64,000 nucleotides of DNA from contig JBQTJP010000110.1 in NCBI GenBank assembly GCA_052386995.1, positions 50,730-114,729 on the forward strand, read 5' to 3'. Below, piece by piece: positions 36,629-50,616 of the stretch. The notes beneath the pieces are model-generated. The model saw only the letters and a list, made by a program, of their open reading frames with translations. It did not search any database and had not been told where the DNA came from. Position 1 is the stretch's first letter. Each line of letters begins with the position of its first letter. Source of the stretch: Armatimonadota bacterium (GTDB lineage Bacteria > Sysuimicrobiota > Sysuimicrobiia > Sysuimicrobiales > Humicultoraceae). Made by a program: the position numbers and the translations under genes.

Positions 36629-37738
36629 ATGTTCTTCACTTGTTCACACGAGCACCTTAATCGCGCGGTCGCTCTTGTTGGACGAGCTGTGTCATCGCGT
36701 GTGGCTATGCCCATTCTCAGCAATATTCTCATCGAGACAAAAAAAGATTCTGTGAAGTTTGCCGCTACGGATCTGGATCACGGGATTCAAACTGAGATTC
36801 CCGCGACAGTGAAAAAAGGCGGAGCCATCACCATACCAGCTCGGCTGTTTACGGAAATTGTGACCAATCTTCCGAATGCGTCTATTGACTTTAAAGTGGC
36901 TGATAACGGACGAAACGTTGAAGTACAATGCGAACGTATAACGTACGATCTAGTCGGATTACCGGCCACCGATTTTCCGTTGATGCCGGAACCAGATTCA
37001 ACACCTGTCGTCACGATCGAAGCTGGAGTATTGCGTACAATGGTTCGTCAAACTAGCTTTGCGGTGTCAACAGACGAAACGCGGGTATTTTTAACTGGCT
37101 TGTACTTGGGCTTGGATGGCAAGGACGCTAAAGTGGTGGCTACAGATGGTGGACGATTGGCACTGCGGTCTGTGACACTGACATCTCCGAGCAGACAAAA
37201 GGTTGGAGTAATCATTCCCTCTAAAACCATGCAAGAACTCACACGGGCCCTGGCAGGTGTAGAGGGGGATGTAGATATCTCTTTAGCTGAGAACCAGATC
37301 CTGTTCACACTGCCGGCAGCTAGACTCGTCAGCCGGCTCATTCCCGGACCGTTTCCGAACTATCAGCAGGTCATTCCTCAAGGACACAAGCAGAAGCTGA
37401 CGGTTGGAACGGAGCGGTTTATGAGTGCCGTTCGGCGTGTGGCAATTACGGCTCGGGACTCGGCCAATGTCGTGCGTCTGCAGGCGAACGCCGATACACT
37501 AACGCTCTCTTCCAGCACCCCGGAGTACGGTCGGTCTGAGGAGACTCTTCAGGTAACGGCCGAAGGAGAAACCGTCCCGACGGCCTTCAACGCACGCTAT
37601 TTGCTCGATTGCCTGGGCATCGTGGAAGCGGACGAAGTGACGCTTGAGCTCACGGGGCCGCTTAGTCCCGGAGCCCTTCGGCCCGTGGGACACACGGACT
37701 ACACGTACGTGCTGGCGCCGGTTCGCGTTGCCACCTAA
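36629..37738 (+). CDS. dnaN: DNA polymerase III beta clamp
   Basis: PILSNIL, ATDL, VATDGGRL, FPNYQQVIP, FNARYL. Confidence 0.97.
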   Translation: MFFTCSHEHLNRAVALVGRAVSSRVAMPILSNILIETKKDSVKFAATDLDHGIQTEIPATVKKGGAITIPARLFTEIVTNLPNASIDFKVADNGRNVEVQCERITYDLVGLPATDFPLMPEPDSTPVVTIEAGVLRTMVRQTSFAVSTDETRVFLTGLYLGLDGKDAKVVATDGGRLALRSVTLTSPSRQKVGVIIPSKTMQELTRALAGVEGDVDISLAENQILFTLPAARLVSRLIPGPFPNYQQVIPQGHKQKLTVGTERFMSAVRRVAITARDSANVVRLQANADTLTLSSSTPEYGRSEETLQVTAEGETVPTAFNARYLLDCLGIVEADEVTLELTGPLSPGALRPVGHTDYTYVLAPVRVAT

Positions 37739-38024
37739 GCGATCCGGCGCGCCGTCTTCCTCCCGGGCACGGCGCGTCCCCATTTACACCGGAACGATTA
37801 CGCTTGGTGCTTTCCTCAAGTGGGCCGGCATCACAAATACCGGAGGAGGGGCCAAGGCGCGTATTGCTGCGCGTTCCGTGTCTGTCAACGGCGTTGTCGA
37901 GCTGCGGCGAGGACGCCAGTTGGGGCCTGGAGACGTGGTGATGGTCGATGGGGGACCGATGTTGCTCGTCGTGAAAGGACACGATGCTGCGCCTGCGCCG
38001 CCTCTGGCTCCGGGCGTTTCGTAA
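37728..38024 (+). CDS. S4-domain RNA-binding protein (YaaA/YbcJ-like)
   Basis: ITLGAFLKWAG..TGGGAK..VNG..ELRRGRQL..GDVV. Start uncertain (TTG 37728). Confidence 0.85.
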   Translation: MPPKRSGAPSSSRARRVPIYTGTITLGAFLKWAGITNTGGGAKARIAARSVSVNGVVELRRGRQLGPGDVVMVDGGPMLLVVKGHDAAPAPPLAPGVS

Positions 38025-39102
38025 TTACGAGCGCGCCGATCTGACCGTCGGGCCCGGGATTACCGCCTTCGTCGGTCCGAACGCCGCGGGGAAATCCAAT
38101 CTGCTGGAAGCGATTCACCTGGTGGCTACCGGACGCTCGCATCGAACGCTGCGCGAGGGCGAGGCGATCCGCCATGGCGAGACGAGCGCGCGCATCCGGG
38201 CCCTGGTGACACGACGCGGCCATGATGAGGATCTCGACATCACGCTTGTGGCTGAAGATGGACGGGAGCGCGTCCAGATGCGCGTCAACGGGGCTCCGAT
38301 GCCCCGCAGTGGGGTGCTCGGCAGACTGCCGGTCGTTCTGGCGGCGCCGTGGGATCTGGATGTCGTCCGTGGGCCGGCGGGCGGCCGGCGGAGGTTGCTC
38401 AACGGCGCACTATCGCAGCTCAGTCCGGCCTATCATTTCGCCGTGCACCGCTATCATCGCGTGATCGCCCAACGGAACACCGTCCTCCGCCAACGATGGC
38501 CCGAAGGGTTGCAGCCGTGGGATGCGCAGATGATCACGCTGGGGGCTCGGATCACGGCGCGGCGCGGCGAGTATGCCGGGCGGCTGGCTGCGGCTGCCCA
38601 CAGGTGGTTCGAGCGTCTGGCCGGCGGGGGCTTTTTTCGGGTTGCCTATCGAGCGGCCTGGAGCGGAGGCGACGACGCGGAAATTGCCGAGACCGGACAG
38701 ATGGAACTTGCCCGCTGCCGGGCCGATGAACTTCGGCGGGGGGTGAGTGTCACCGGCCCGCACCGTGACGACCTCGAACTGACACTGGACGGTGCGCCGC
38801 TGCGCGCCTGCGGCTCGCAGGGAGAGTGGCGAGCGGCGATGCTGGCGCTGCGGTTGGCCGAGCGTGCCGTGATGGCGGAAGACCTCGGCGCGCCGCCGGT
38901 GTTGCTGTTGGATGATGCGCTTGCCGAGCTCGACGCCGGCCGGCAACGCCGCTTGCTCGAGACCGATGACGAGGCGCAGGTGCTGCTGACCGCTACCGAG
39001 CTGCCTCAGGCGGGGCCTTTGAAAGGCGCGCTGACGATCGTCACGGTGGACCATGGACGCCTTGGTGAAGGAGTATGGTTACCCCAATTCGATCCATCCT
39101 GA
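37984..39102 (+). CDS. recF: DNA replication/repair protein RecF
   Basis: FRNY, GPNAAGKSN, GPHRDD, SQGE, LLLDD. Confidence 0.96.
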   Translation: MLRLRRLWLRAFRNYERADLTVGPGITAFVGPNAAGKSNLLEAIHLVATGRSHRTLREGEAIRHGETSARIRALVTRRGHDEDLDITLVAEDGRERVQMRVNGAPMPRSGVLGRLPVVLAAPWDLDVVRGPAGGRRRLLNGALSQLSPAYHFAVHRYHRVIAQRNTVLRQRWPEGLQPWDAQMITLGARITARRGEYAGRLAAAAHRWFERLAGGGFFRVAYRAAWSGGDDAEIAETGQMELARCRADELRRGVSVTGPHRDDLELTLDGAPLRACGSQGEWRAAMLALRLAERAVMAEDLGAPPVLLLDDALAELDAGRQRRLLETDDEAQVLLTATELPQAGPLKGALTIVTVDHGRLGEGVWLPQFDPS

Positions 39103-39446
39103 AGGTGGCGGCACGCGCATGGGGCATCGAGCCGGCGGCCCACCTCGCCACGGCCCGGTCGGCGTGGCCCCGGATCGCGGGGCCAGCCCTGGCTGCCTCG
39201 AGCGCTCCGCTGGCGGTGCGTGGCCGGCGCCTGCTGGTCGCCGTCACGAACGCGACGGCCGGGCAGGAGGTTCGCCTCACGAAGACCGCCATCATGCAGG
39301 CTCTTCGGGAGGAACTGGGCGAGGGAGCTATTGTCGATGTCGTCCCCGTCGCACGGCGCCGCCTCGATTTGGGCGTCCGCGGGCCACGGCGGGTGGGTCG
39401 TGCGCTTGTCGCCCCGGGGCGGCCCCCGAAGCGCACCCACCGATAG
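39075..39446 (+). CDS. DUF721/DciA-family protein
   Basis: 'AWPRIAGPALAASSAP...LLVAV...QEVRL' pattern; position between recF and gyrB. Confidence 0.75.
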   Translation: MVTPIRSILKVAARAWGIEPAAHLATARSAWPRIAGPALAASSAPLAVRGRRLLVAVTNATAGQEVRLTKTAIMQALREELGEGAIVDVVPVARRRLDLGVRGPRRVGRALVAPGRPPKRTHR

Positions 39447-39556
39447 AACGGGCACGTTCTCGAGGGCCCCGGCGACGGCCAGAAGGATCGGCCGGTGAAG
39501 GGTTTTCGGGGGACACCAAAAGGGCTAAGAGCTAGTCAGGGCGCGGGTTTCCGCCG

Positions 39557-41561
<2,005 letters not shown>

Positions 41562-41578
41562 GAGAGCCGCACCCTATC

Positions 41579-44023
<2,445 letters not shown>

Positions 44024-44029
44024 CGGGTC

Positions 44030-44680
44030 ATGTCCTGGAGGCACTGGGCGCAGGCGGTCGGGGTCATCGGCGGCACGGTCGTGCTGCACGAGATGGCGCA
44101 CGCGCTTGCCGCGCGCCGCGCCGGGGGCGTCGTGAAAGAGATCGGCATTGGCTTTGGTCCCCCGGTCGTCCGTGCCCGCTGGGGTGAGACTACGGTGACC
44201 CTGCGGCCCATGCCGATCGGCGGGTTTGCGGCGATCGATGTCGAGCGCCTGCCGCCCGCACTCCGCACACGCGTGCTGCTGGCTGGCCCCCTGGCGAACA
44301 TTCTGGCGGGCCTGATCTTACGTCAACTGGGCGGGGCGACCGGTCCGGCGATGCTTCCCGGTCAGACCCGGCCCGTGGAAGTTGGCGGCCTCGTAGCCGC
44401 GCTCACGATGCTCGTACGCGCGGCGTCGGGCGGGGCCCGGTCCCTGGTACGGACGGCGGGCGACGTCAACCTCAGCATCGGCCTGGCCAATCTGCTGCCA
44501 ATCCTGCCCCTCGATGGCGGGCACCTGGCCGCCGCGCGTCTGGAGGCCGCCGGCGCGGATGCATCTGTCATCGCGGCCTTCAAGCGGATCACCGCGGGGC
44601 TGTTCGTGTGGCTGGCGTTGCGGGTGCTATTCGCGGACCTCGCGAGACTCAAGCGATCTTCCGGATCTTCCGCACCGTAG
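44030..44680 (+). CDS. Site-2 protease (M50) family protein without PDZ domain
   Basis: HEMAH, IGFGP, PIGGF, AGPLAN, NLLPILPLDGG. Confidence 0.88.
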   Translation: MSWRHWAQAVGVIGGTVVLHEMAHALAARRAGGVVKEIGIGFGPPVVRARWGETTVTLRPMPIGGFAAIDVERLPPALRTRVLLAGPLANILAGLILRQLGGATGPAMLPGQTRPVEVGGLVAALTMLVRAASGGARSLVRTAGDVNLSIGLANLLPILPLDGGHLAAARLEAAGADASVIAAFKRITAGLFVWLALRVLFADLARLKRSSGSSAP

Positions 44681-44681
44681 G

Positions 44682-45539
44682 ATGTCCCCGGCGCTCGACA
44701 CCGTGATCGCCCCGCTCGTCGATGGGGCGCCGGACCCGCAAGCGGGTCCCCCCGCTGCGGCGCTGCCAGCCGAGTGGGCCGACTGGGCCGAGGAGCCCGG
44801 CCAGCGCGTGAGCCTCGAGGAGAACGGCCGAACGCTCGGTGCGGTCCACGTTGTCATGGTGGGGGGTGACGAGGCCTGGCTTGAAGGCCTGTGGGTTCTG
44901 CCGTCCGCGCGGGGGCGCGGCGTGGGCCGCAGACTCGTCGAGGAGGCGGAGGCCGTCGCCAGAGGCTACGGTGCGACGATCGTTCGCGCGGCCGTGCCCG
45001 CCGGCGATGACGCGGCGCTGGCTTTCGCCCAGGGAATGGGATTTGCGCGCCTCTGCGAGGCTGCCGTCGGCGTCGCGGATCTATCGAGCGGACCCATCGC
45101 TGTGCCCGACGGCGTGCAGGTGACGCCCGCGCGAGCGGCCGATGTGGCGGCGATTATCGGCGCCATCGGCGGTTCGGAGTACCTGGCGGCGTGGCACGGG
45201 CTTGTGCCGCTGGGGTGGCGGTTTCGCGCCGTCCGACCGGAGCTGGTGCGAGGCCTGATCGGGGACGGTCGCGTGTTGAGATCCGGCGAGCCGGTGAATG
45301 GTGTTGCCGCTTTTGCCTTGCATGGCCAGGCGGCGGTGATCTCGTTTCTGGCCGGCCGGCCGGCACACCGGCAGGCGTTGTACGGCGAGGTGGCGGGGCG
45401 GGCGCGCGCCGCGGGCGCGCGTCGGGCGGTGCTTTTTTCACCGGACGGGGGTCTTCCTGCCACGTTCGTTCCTCACCCCTGGTGTCCGAATGGGCTGGTC
45501 ATCATCGAGCGGCGTCTGGGAGCAGGCACCGGCCACTGA
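44682..45539 (+). CDS. GNAT-family acetyltransferase
   Basis: LEGLWVLPSARGRGVGRRL motif A. Confidence 0.8.
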   Translation: MSPALDTVIAPLVDGAPDPQAGPPAAALPAEWADWAEEPGQRVSLEENGRTLGAVHVVMVGGDEAWLEGLWVLPSARGRGVGRRLVEEAEAVARGYGATIVRAAVPAGDDAALAFAQGMGFARLCEAAVGVADLSSGPIAVPDGVQVTPARAADVAAIIGAIGGSEYLAAWHGLVPLGWRFRAVRPELVRGLIGDGRVLRSGEPVNGVAAFALHGQAAVISFLAGRPAHRQALYGEVAGRARAAGARRAVLFSPDGGLPATFVPHPWCPNGLVIIERRLGAGTGH

Positions 45540-45572
45540 TCAAAGTCCGAGTTCGCGTGTCGGGAGGCGCAC

Positions 45573-46037
45573 ATGGATCCGCACGTGGCTCCGCACCTGC
45601 ATGTGCTGGAAGATCTTCACCGTCAGGTTGCCGAGACCGTGGCGCCGCTGGGGGACGATGACATCAACCGCGCCGTCCCCGGGCTGACCAACTCAGCCGG
45701 CGTCCTGCTCAGGCATATCGCGGGCTCAGAGCGCTACTGGGTCGGCGAGGTCGTCGGCGGCCGGCCCGCACAGCGTGAGCGTGACACCGAGTTTGGGCGC
45801 GAACGCCTGCAGAAGAGCGCGCTGCTCGCCGAGCTTGACCGCGTGGAGACGCTCACGCGCGATGTCCTCAACCGGCTCGATGCCGCCGATCTGCTGCACG
45901 AAGTAGATGTCCAGCGCACCAGGGGTGTGGTGAAGGAGACGAAGGGATTTGCGCTCCTCCATGCCACCCAGCATCTCGCCTATCACCTGGGGCAGCTCCG
46001 CTACATGGCGAAACTGCTGCAGAGCCCGAGCGACTGA
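45573..46037 (+). CDS. DinB/DUF664-like protein
   Basis: NSAGVLLRHIAGSERYW, RERDTEF, HLAYHLGQ. Confidence 0.85.
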   Translation: MDPHVAPHLHVLEDLHRQVAETVAPLGDDDINRAVPGLTNSAGVLLRHIAGSERYWVGEVVGGRPAQRERDTEFGRERLQKSALLAELDRVETLTRDVLNRLDAADLLHEVDVQRTRGVVKETKGFALLHATQHLAYHLGQLRYMAKLLQSPSD

Positions 46038-46074
46038 GCCGTAAGCCTTCACGCGCGCGCCCTCAACGGAAGAC

Positions 46075-47286
46075 TCAGACGGGTGTCGCCGCCTCGGCGG
46101 GCTCGCCCTCCAGTGGCGCCAGCGAGATGTCCCCGCGCGTCGTTCGAATCCGCACGGATGCGTCGGGGGCGTTGAACACACCGCTGAGCCTGCGGCGATC
46201 GCGATGGGAATCTGTCAGCGGTACACTAGATGCTACCTCTCCGGAGATCGCAGCCGCGTCGATGCGGCACCGCGCCGCCGATCCAAGCGAGAGCGTAATG
46301 TCGCCCTTCACGGTGTGGAGATCGGCCCCGCCCCCTACGTCGAAGGTTCCCGCCCGTACGCGCACGTCTCCCTTTACGCTTGTGGCGTCCAGCCGCCCGG
46401 CGGCCTCGACGCCGACGGAGACGTCGCCCTTCTTGGTTGACGCGGTCACGTGCCCCGCGGGCTGCGTGACCTGTACGTCGCCCCGAATCACCTTGACGGC
46501 CGTCTCGCCGCGGGCCCCCTGCACGACCACGTCGCTGCTGATGCCCTCGACGACGGCCCGGCCGCAATCTGCGATGCGGACGTCGCCCTTCACCAGCGTG
46601 AGGGCGATGTCGCGCGCGAGACTCTCTGCCGTGATATCCCCGCGCACCACATGCGCCCGGACATCGACTCCTTCAGGCACGGCGATGTCGAAGTCCACCC
46701 GGAGGCGCTCATGGTATGGTCGTGCGCCGGGGCCCTCCACGGTGATCGTGTCGCCCGCGTCGTGGATCTCGATCGGAAGGCGATCGGCCAGGCGCTGCGC
46801 GTCATCGGGGTCGGGCGCCCAGACCTTGCGCGTGGCGCGCACGTGCAGCTGGCCGTCGGGGGATCGGGAGAGGCGCAGGTCGCCGCGCGTGTTGCGGAAG
46901 ATCAGGTGAGACGCGCTGGTGGCGCGCACGTCTTCGAACGGCGCGGTCGCGTGATGCCCGCCCGCATGCGTTGCGTGGAAACTCCAGCCGAAGCCGCCTC
47001 GACGCCCCAGGTGTCGGAACTCGTGCGCGACCCTTGCGGTCTCGCGCGCAATCGACACGCCCTCGCGCACGGTCTCGCGGATCACGTCTCTCGCATCGTC
47101 GATGGATTCTCTCGGGAAGGCGTGCACGACATCTTCGACGGCCTTCCTCACTTCATCCCCGAGGCTCGGTCCTGACGATGCGGCTCGGGATGGCTCGCCA
47201 AGCGCGTCGAGCAGCCTGGCGGCCTCGTCGGCGTTGATCTTGCCTTCCTGCAGCATGCGCAGGATCATCATGCGTTCCTCGCTCAT
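46075..47286 (-). CDS. SHOCT-like N-terminus + DUF4097 beta-repeat protein (YvlB/LiaX-like)
   Basis: EERMMILRMLQEGKINADEAARLLDAL; repeated (V/T)xxGD(I/V) beta motifs; ATG 47286 with AAGGAGG. Confidence 0.85.
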   Translation of the reverse strand: MSEERMMILRMLQEGKINADEAARLLDALGEPSRAASSGPSLGDEVRKAVEDVVHAFPRESIDDARDVIRETVREGVSIARETARVAHEFRHLGRRGGFGWSFHATHAGGHHATAPFEDVRATSASHLIFRNTRGDLRLSRSPDGQLHVRATRKVWAPDPDDAQRLADRLPIEIHDAGDTITVEGPGARPYHERLRVDFDIAVPEGVDVRAHVVRGDITAESLARDIALTLVKGDVRIADCGRAVVEGISSDVVVQGARGETAVKVIRGDVQVTQPAGHVTASTKKGDVSVGVEAAGRLDATSVKGDVRVRAGTFDVGGGADLHTVKGDITLSLGSAARCRIDAAAISGEVASSVPLTDSHRDRRRLSGVFNAPDASVRIRTTRGDISLAPLEGEPAEAATPV

Positions 47287-47379
47287 CGCTGCCTCCTTAG
47301 TTGCCAATTTGCCTCGAAGCCTCCCTGTCGCGCAGCAACTCCGCGCGGCGGTCGTCGCCCAGCATCCTCGTGAGCTCGT

Positions 47380-47778
47380 TCATCCGCCACCCCCAAGCGT
47401 CTCGAGTTCGGCCACGGCCGCTTCGACCGACAGCGTACCGTCTTCAACGTCTTTCAGGATGTCCACGCGACGGCGGGGAACCGGCGGCTGTGCCTCGCCG
47501 GCCAGGCCGAGGGCCTGAAGAAGGCCGTCCAGGCGGTTTCTGACGGTGGGGTACGAAAGCCCCATGGCACGCTCGACGTCTTTCACGTTGCCCCGCGACT
47601 GCAGAAAAAGCATGAGCAACTGATGCTGCTCTGGGGACAGACGGGCAAACGGTGAGATGTCGAAGTGACCCTCGAGGGCTGTACCGCAGGACCGGCACTG
47701 GAGGCGAACCGCTTCGAGCGGCGCCGAACACACCGAGCAGGCTGTAGGGGTTTTTATGCCTTCAGGCATACATTCCAT
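47380..47778 (-). CDS. DUF2089-family protein (Zn ribbon + HTH + SHOCT-like tail)
   Basis: CSVC...CRSC, GNVKDVERAMGLSYPTVRNRLD, ILKDVEDGTLSVEAA. Confidence 0.88.
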   Translation of the reverse strand: MECMPEGIKTPTACSVCSAPLEAVRLQCRSCGTALEGHFDISPFARLSPEQHQLLMLFLQSRGNVKDVERAMGLSYPTVRNRLDGLLQALGLAGEAQPPVPRRRVDILKDVEDGTLSVEAAVAELETLGGGG

Positions 47779-47780
47779 CT

Positions 47781-47835
47781 CGCTTTATAGTCCTTCTTTC
47801 TCATATTTTATAAAGCGGTATCTAGATAATGTCAA
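47781..47835 (-). promoter_or_regulatory. Promoter and operator-like repeats for the DUF2089 operon
   Basis: Minus strand TTGACA-N17-TATAAA; inverted repeat CGCTTTATA-N19-TATAAAGCG 47781-47817; palindrome TATCTAGATA 47819-47828. Confidence 0.75.
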
Positions 47836-47912
47836 TACCGAACGCATATTGCTATTTCGCCACGGTGGTAGAGCCCATGGAGACCCCTGAGGGGGTCTTC
47901 GGGGGAGGCTGC

Positions 47913-48770
47913 ATGGTAAGGTTGATCGGGATGCATGCGCTGTTGATGGTGCTGATGGTGACCATGGCGGCGACCGCCGCGGTGGCGTCGCCTTCACCGG
48001 GGGAGCCGCTGGAAGACGTAGCGGTGTCACGGCGCACGGCCGAGAGGCTGGGGGTTCGAGTGGGAGACATCATGGAGGTCGGCCGCGATCCGGCCATGGC
48101 GCACAGCCGCAAGGTTCGGGTGCGGGCGATTCTGGATGCGCCCGAGCATCCCGCGGATGTCGCGCGCGGTGATCTCGAAGTGCGATTCCACCTGCCGGCC
48201 CTGGAATCGCTTCTCGAGCGCAGAGATACCGTTGACCGCGTCATCATACATCTGCGAGACGCGTCCCAAGCTGCTGCGGTTCGTGAGGGGCTCGCGGCCC
48301 TGGGGTCCGGGGTCGACGTCTATACCGCAGATGAGCTCGCCCGCCACAGCTCGCGCACGTTTGTCGTGGTGTCGCGATTCCACCGCGCCATCGCGCTGAT
48401 CGCCGTCGTCGCCAGCGCAATCTTTCTCGTGACGATCATGACGCTGAAGCTCGCTGAGATGCGGCGCGAGATCGGCGCGCTGCGTCTGCTCGGGATCGGC
48501 GGCGGGACCATCGGTTTGACGGTCGTTGCGGTGTCGGCAGCCGTTGCGGTCGTGGGCAGCATCGTGGGCGTCGGGATGGGCGCCGCGCTCGTGTGGGCGA
48601 TCAACGCGTACTATCAGCCGCTCTTCGGAACCCGGCTCCGTTTTGCCGTGATCCTGCCGGAGACACTGCTGGCAGCGAGTGGGCTGGCCATCGCCGTCGG
48701 CCTGGCCGCCGGGCTCGTGGCGGCACAGCGTCTGCTACGCCGCCGCCCGCTCGACCAGGTGGGACGGTAG
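47913..48770 (+). CDS. FtsX/MacB-type permease, C-terminal half with its own signal peptide
   Basis: Signal-peptide-like N-terminus, then AVSRRTAERLGVRVGD, then RREIGALRLLG and three TMs; GGGGAGG RBS. Confidence 0.8.
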   Translation: MVRLIGMHALLMVLMVTMAATAAVASPSPGEPLEDVAVSRRTAERLGVRVGDIMEVGRDPAMAHSRKVRVRAILDAPEHPADVARGDLEVRFHLPALESLLERRDTVDRVIIHLRDASQAAAVREGLAALGSGVDVYTADELARHSSRTFVVVSRFHRAIALIAVVASAIFLVTIMTLKLAEMRREIGALRLLGIGGGTIGLTVVAVSAAVAVVGSIVGVGMGAALVWAINAYYQPLFGTRLRFAVILPETLLAASGLAIAVGLAAGLVAAQRLLRRRPLDQVGR

Positions 48771-49942
48771 TGGTCTGGTTCCTGGCGAGGCGAAATCTCC
48801 GTCGCTCCGCTTCACGCACGGCGCTGGTCGTCGCCGGCGTCACCGTGGCCGGCGCGCTCCTGTTCGACATGTCGATGCTGGGCGGGGGCCTCGAGCAAAG
48901 CTTTGCGGAGATCCTGGGCGGGCTCGGGTATGAGATCCGCGTCGTACTGCGCGGCACACTCCCGCTGTCGACCGAAGCGCTGATGAGTGGCGCGCGAGAC
49001 ACAGCCCGTCGCATCGAGGGCTATCACGATGTGGCGTACGCGAGTCCCGTGCTCGGAACCAACCTCTACGTCGAGGGAGCGGGCCGCCGGTCCACCGCGT
49101 TCGCGTATGGACTGACACCGGAAGTCCGGCGCGTGGTACGGCTGGTTGCCGGTCACGATGCCGGCGGTGTCGTCATCAACCCCGAGCTGGCCGCGAACGT
49201 CAACGCGGCGCCCGGCGGCACGGTCCGGCTGGCGACCCGCATTGATCCGCAGACGGGCCAGCCTTCGCGCGCCGAGCAGGTCACGGTGACCGGCGTCGGC
49301 GAGTTCGTCTTCGACCTCAAGGCGCAACGCACCCTGGCGTTGCCCCTGGAGCGACTCCAGAACTTGCTTGGGATCAGCCGGGAACAGGCGTCGTTCCTCG
49401 TCGTGAAGCTTCGCCCCGGGGCGGATCCCGAGCGTGTGGCGCGCTGGATCGAGGGAGGCTTCCCCGACCTGGATGCGTTCTCCATCGCAACGTTGCTCAG
49501 GCAGGTTCGCGAGCAGCTCACGTACCTGAATCATTTCGCGGCGATTCTGACGAGCGTCAGCCTGCTCGTGGCCGTGCTGCTCATCGGGGCCGTGCTGACG
49601 CTGGCCGTCGGCGAACGCCTCGGCGAGCTCGCGACGCTTCGCGCCATCGGGCTGTCGCGTTCCCGCATGATGCTCCTCATCGTGCTCGAAGGCGCCGTTC
49701 TGGCCGGCCTCAGCATTCCGCTCGCACTGCTCCTTGGCACCGTGGTAAGCCGGCCGCTCGACCACATCTTGCGCGCGACCCCGGGGATCCCGCAGGACTT
49801 GCACTTCTTCATCTTCAGCAGCCGGGCGCTGGGGCGCACGATGCTCCTGTTGCTCGCCGCCGGGACGCTGGGGGCCGTCTATCCGGCGTGGGTGGCCGGG
49901 CGACTCAACGTCGCCGCGACACTCCATCAGGAGGTGCAGTGA
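48770..49942 (+). CDS. FtsX/MacB-type ABC permease (full length)
   Basis: LARRNLRRSASRTAL + TM1, periplasmic domain, ERLGELATLRAIG + 3 TMs. Confidence 0.88.
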   Translation: MVWFLARRNLRRSASRTALVVAGVTVAGALLFDMSMLGGGLEQSFAEILGGLGYEIRVVLRGTLPLSTEALMSGARDTARRIEGYHDVAYASPVLGTNLYVEGAGRRSTAFAYGLTPEVRRVVRLVAGHDAGGVVINPELAANVNAAPGGTVRLATRIDPQTGQPSRAEQVTVTGVGEFVFDLKAQRTLALPLERLQNLLGISREQASFLVVKLRPGADPERVARWIEGGFPDLDAFSIATLLRQVREQLTYLNHFAAILTSVSLLVAVLLIGAVLTLAVGERLGELATLRAIGLSRSRMMLLIVLEGAVLAGLSIPLALLLGTVVSRPLDHILRATPGIPQDLHFFIFSSRALGRTMLLLLAAGTLGAVYPAWVAGRLNVAATLHQEVQ

Positions 49943-50616
49943 ACACGCCCGGGGCCATCCTCGATGTTCGCGACGCGGTCAAGACCTACGCGCCTGACGG
50001 CGGGATCGTGGCCGCGCTGCGCGGCGTCACGCTTCGGGTGGACCGTGGTGAGTTCGTGGCCATCATGGGACCCTCGGGCAGCGGGAAGTCCACGCTGCTC
50101 CACCTGATGGGCGGCATCGATTTTCCCTCTGCCGGTGACGTGGTCTTGTTCGGTCACCCCACGCACGGCATGACTGACGCGGCGCTGTCGGCTGTCCGGC
50201 TGCGGCGTATCGGCTTCATCTTTCAACGGTTCTTTCTGCTGCCGATGCTCGATGTGGGGGAGAATGTCGTTCTGCCGATGCTGGAGGCCGGTGTCGGGCC
50301 CTCGGAGCGGGCGGCACGAGTCGGAGAGGTGCTGGCGTATGTCGGGCTCGATCACCGGCGCCGTCACCTCCCGGGCCAGTTGAGTGGCGGCGAGCTGCAG
50401 CGAGCCGCGATCGCCCGGGCCCTGGTCAACCGCCCGGACCTGGTGCTGGCCGATGAGCCTACCGGCGAACTCGATCAGGACACCGGCCGCGAGATCGGCC
50501 GGCTCTTGCAGCGCATCAACGCGGAAGGGGTGGCCGTGGTCGTCGTGACGCACAACCCTGACCTGGCCGCGGTGGCGGGCCGCGTGCTCACGATGCGGGA
50601 CGGACGCCTGGTATGA
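49939..50616 (+). CDS. ABC ATP-binding protein (LolD/MacB type)
   Basis: [30 protein letters not shown]. Confidence 0.95.
   Translation: MNTPGAILDVRDAVKTYAPDGGIVAALRGVTLRVDRGEFVAIMGPSGSGKSTLLHLMGGIDFPSAGDVVLFGHPTHGMTDAALSAVRLRRIGFIFQRFFLLPMLDVGENVVLPMLEAGVGPSERAARVGEVLAYVGLDHRRRHLPGQLSGGELQRAAIARALVNRPDLVLADEPTGELDQDTGREIGRLLQRINAEGVAVVVVTHNPDLAAVAGRVLTMRDGRLV

Noticed and set aside
35900..37400. Lower-GC stretch as possible horizontal transfer
   Set aside because: Covers core dnaA/oriC/dnaN in conserved order with no mobility genes.
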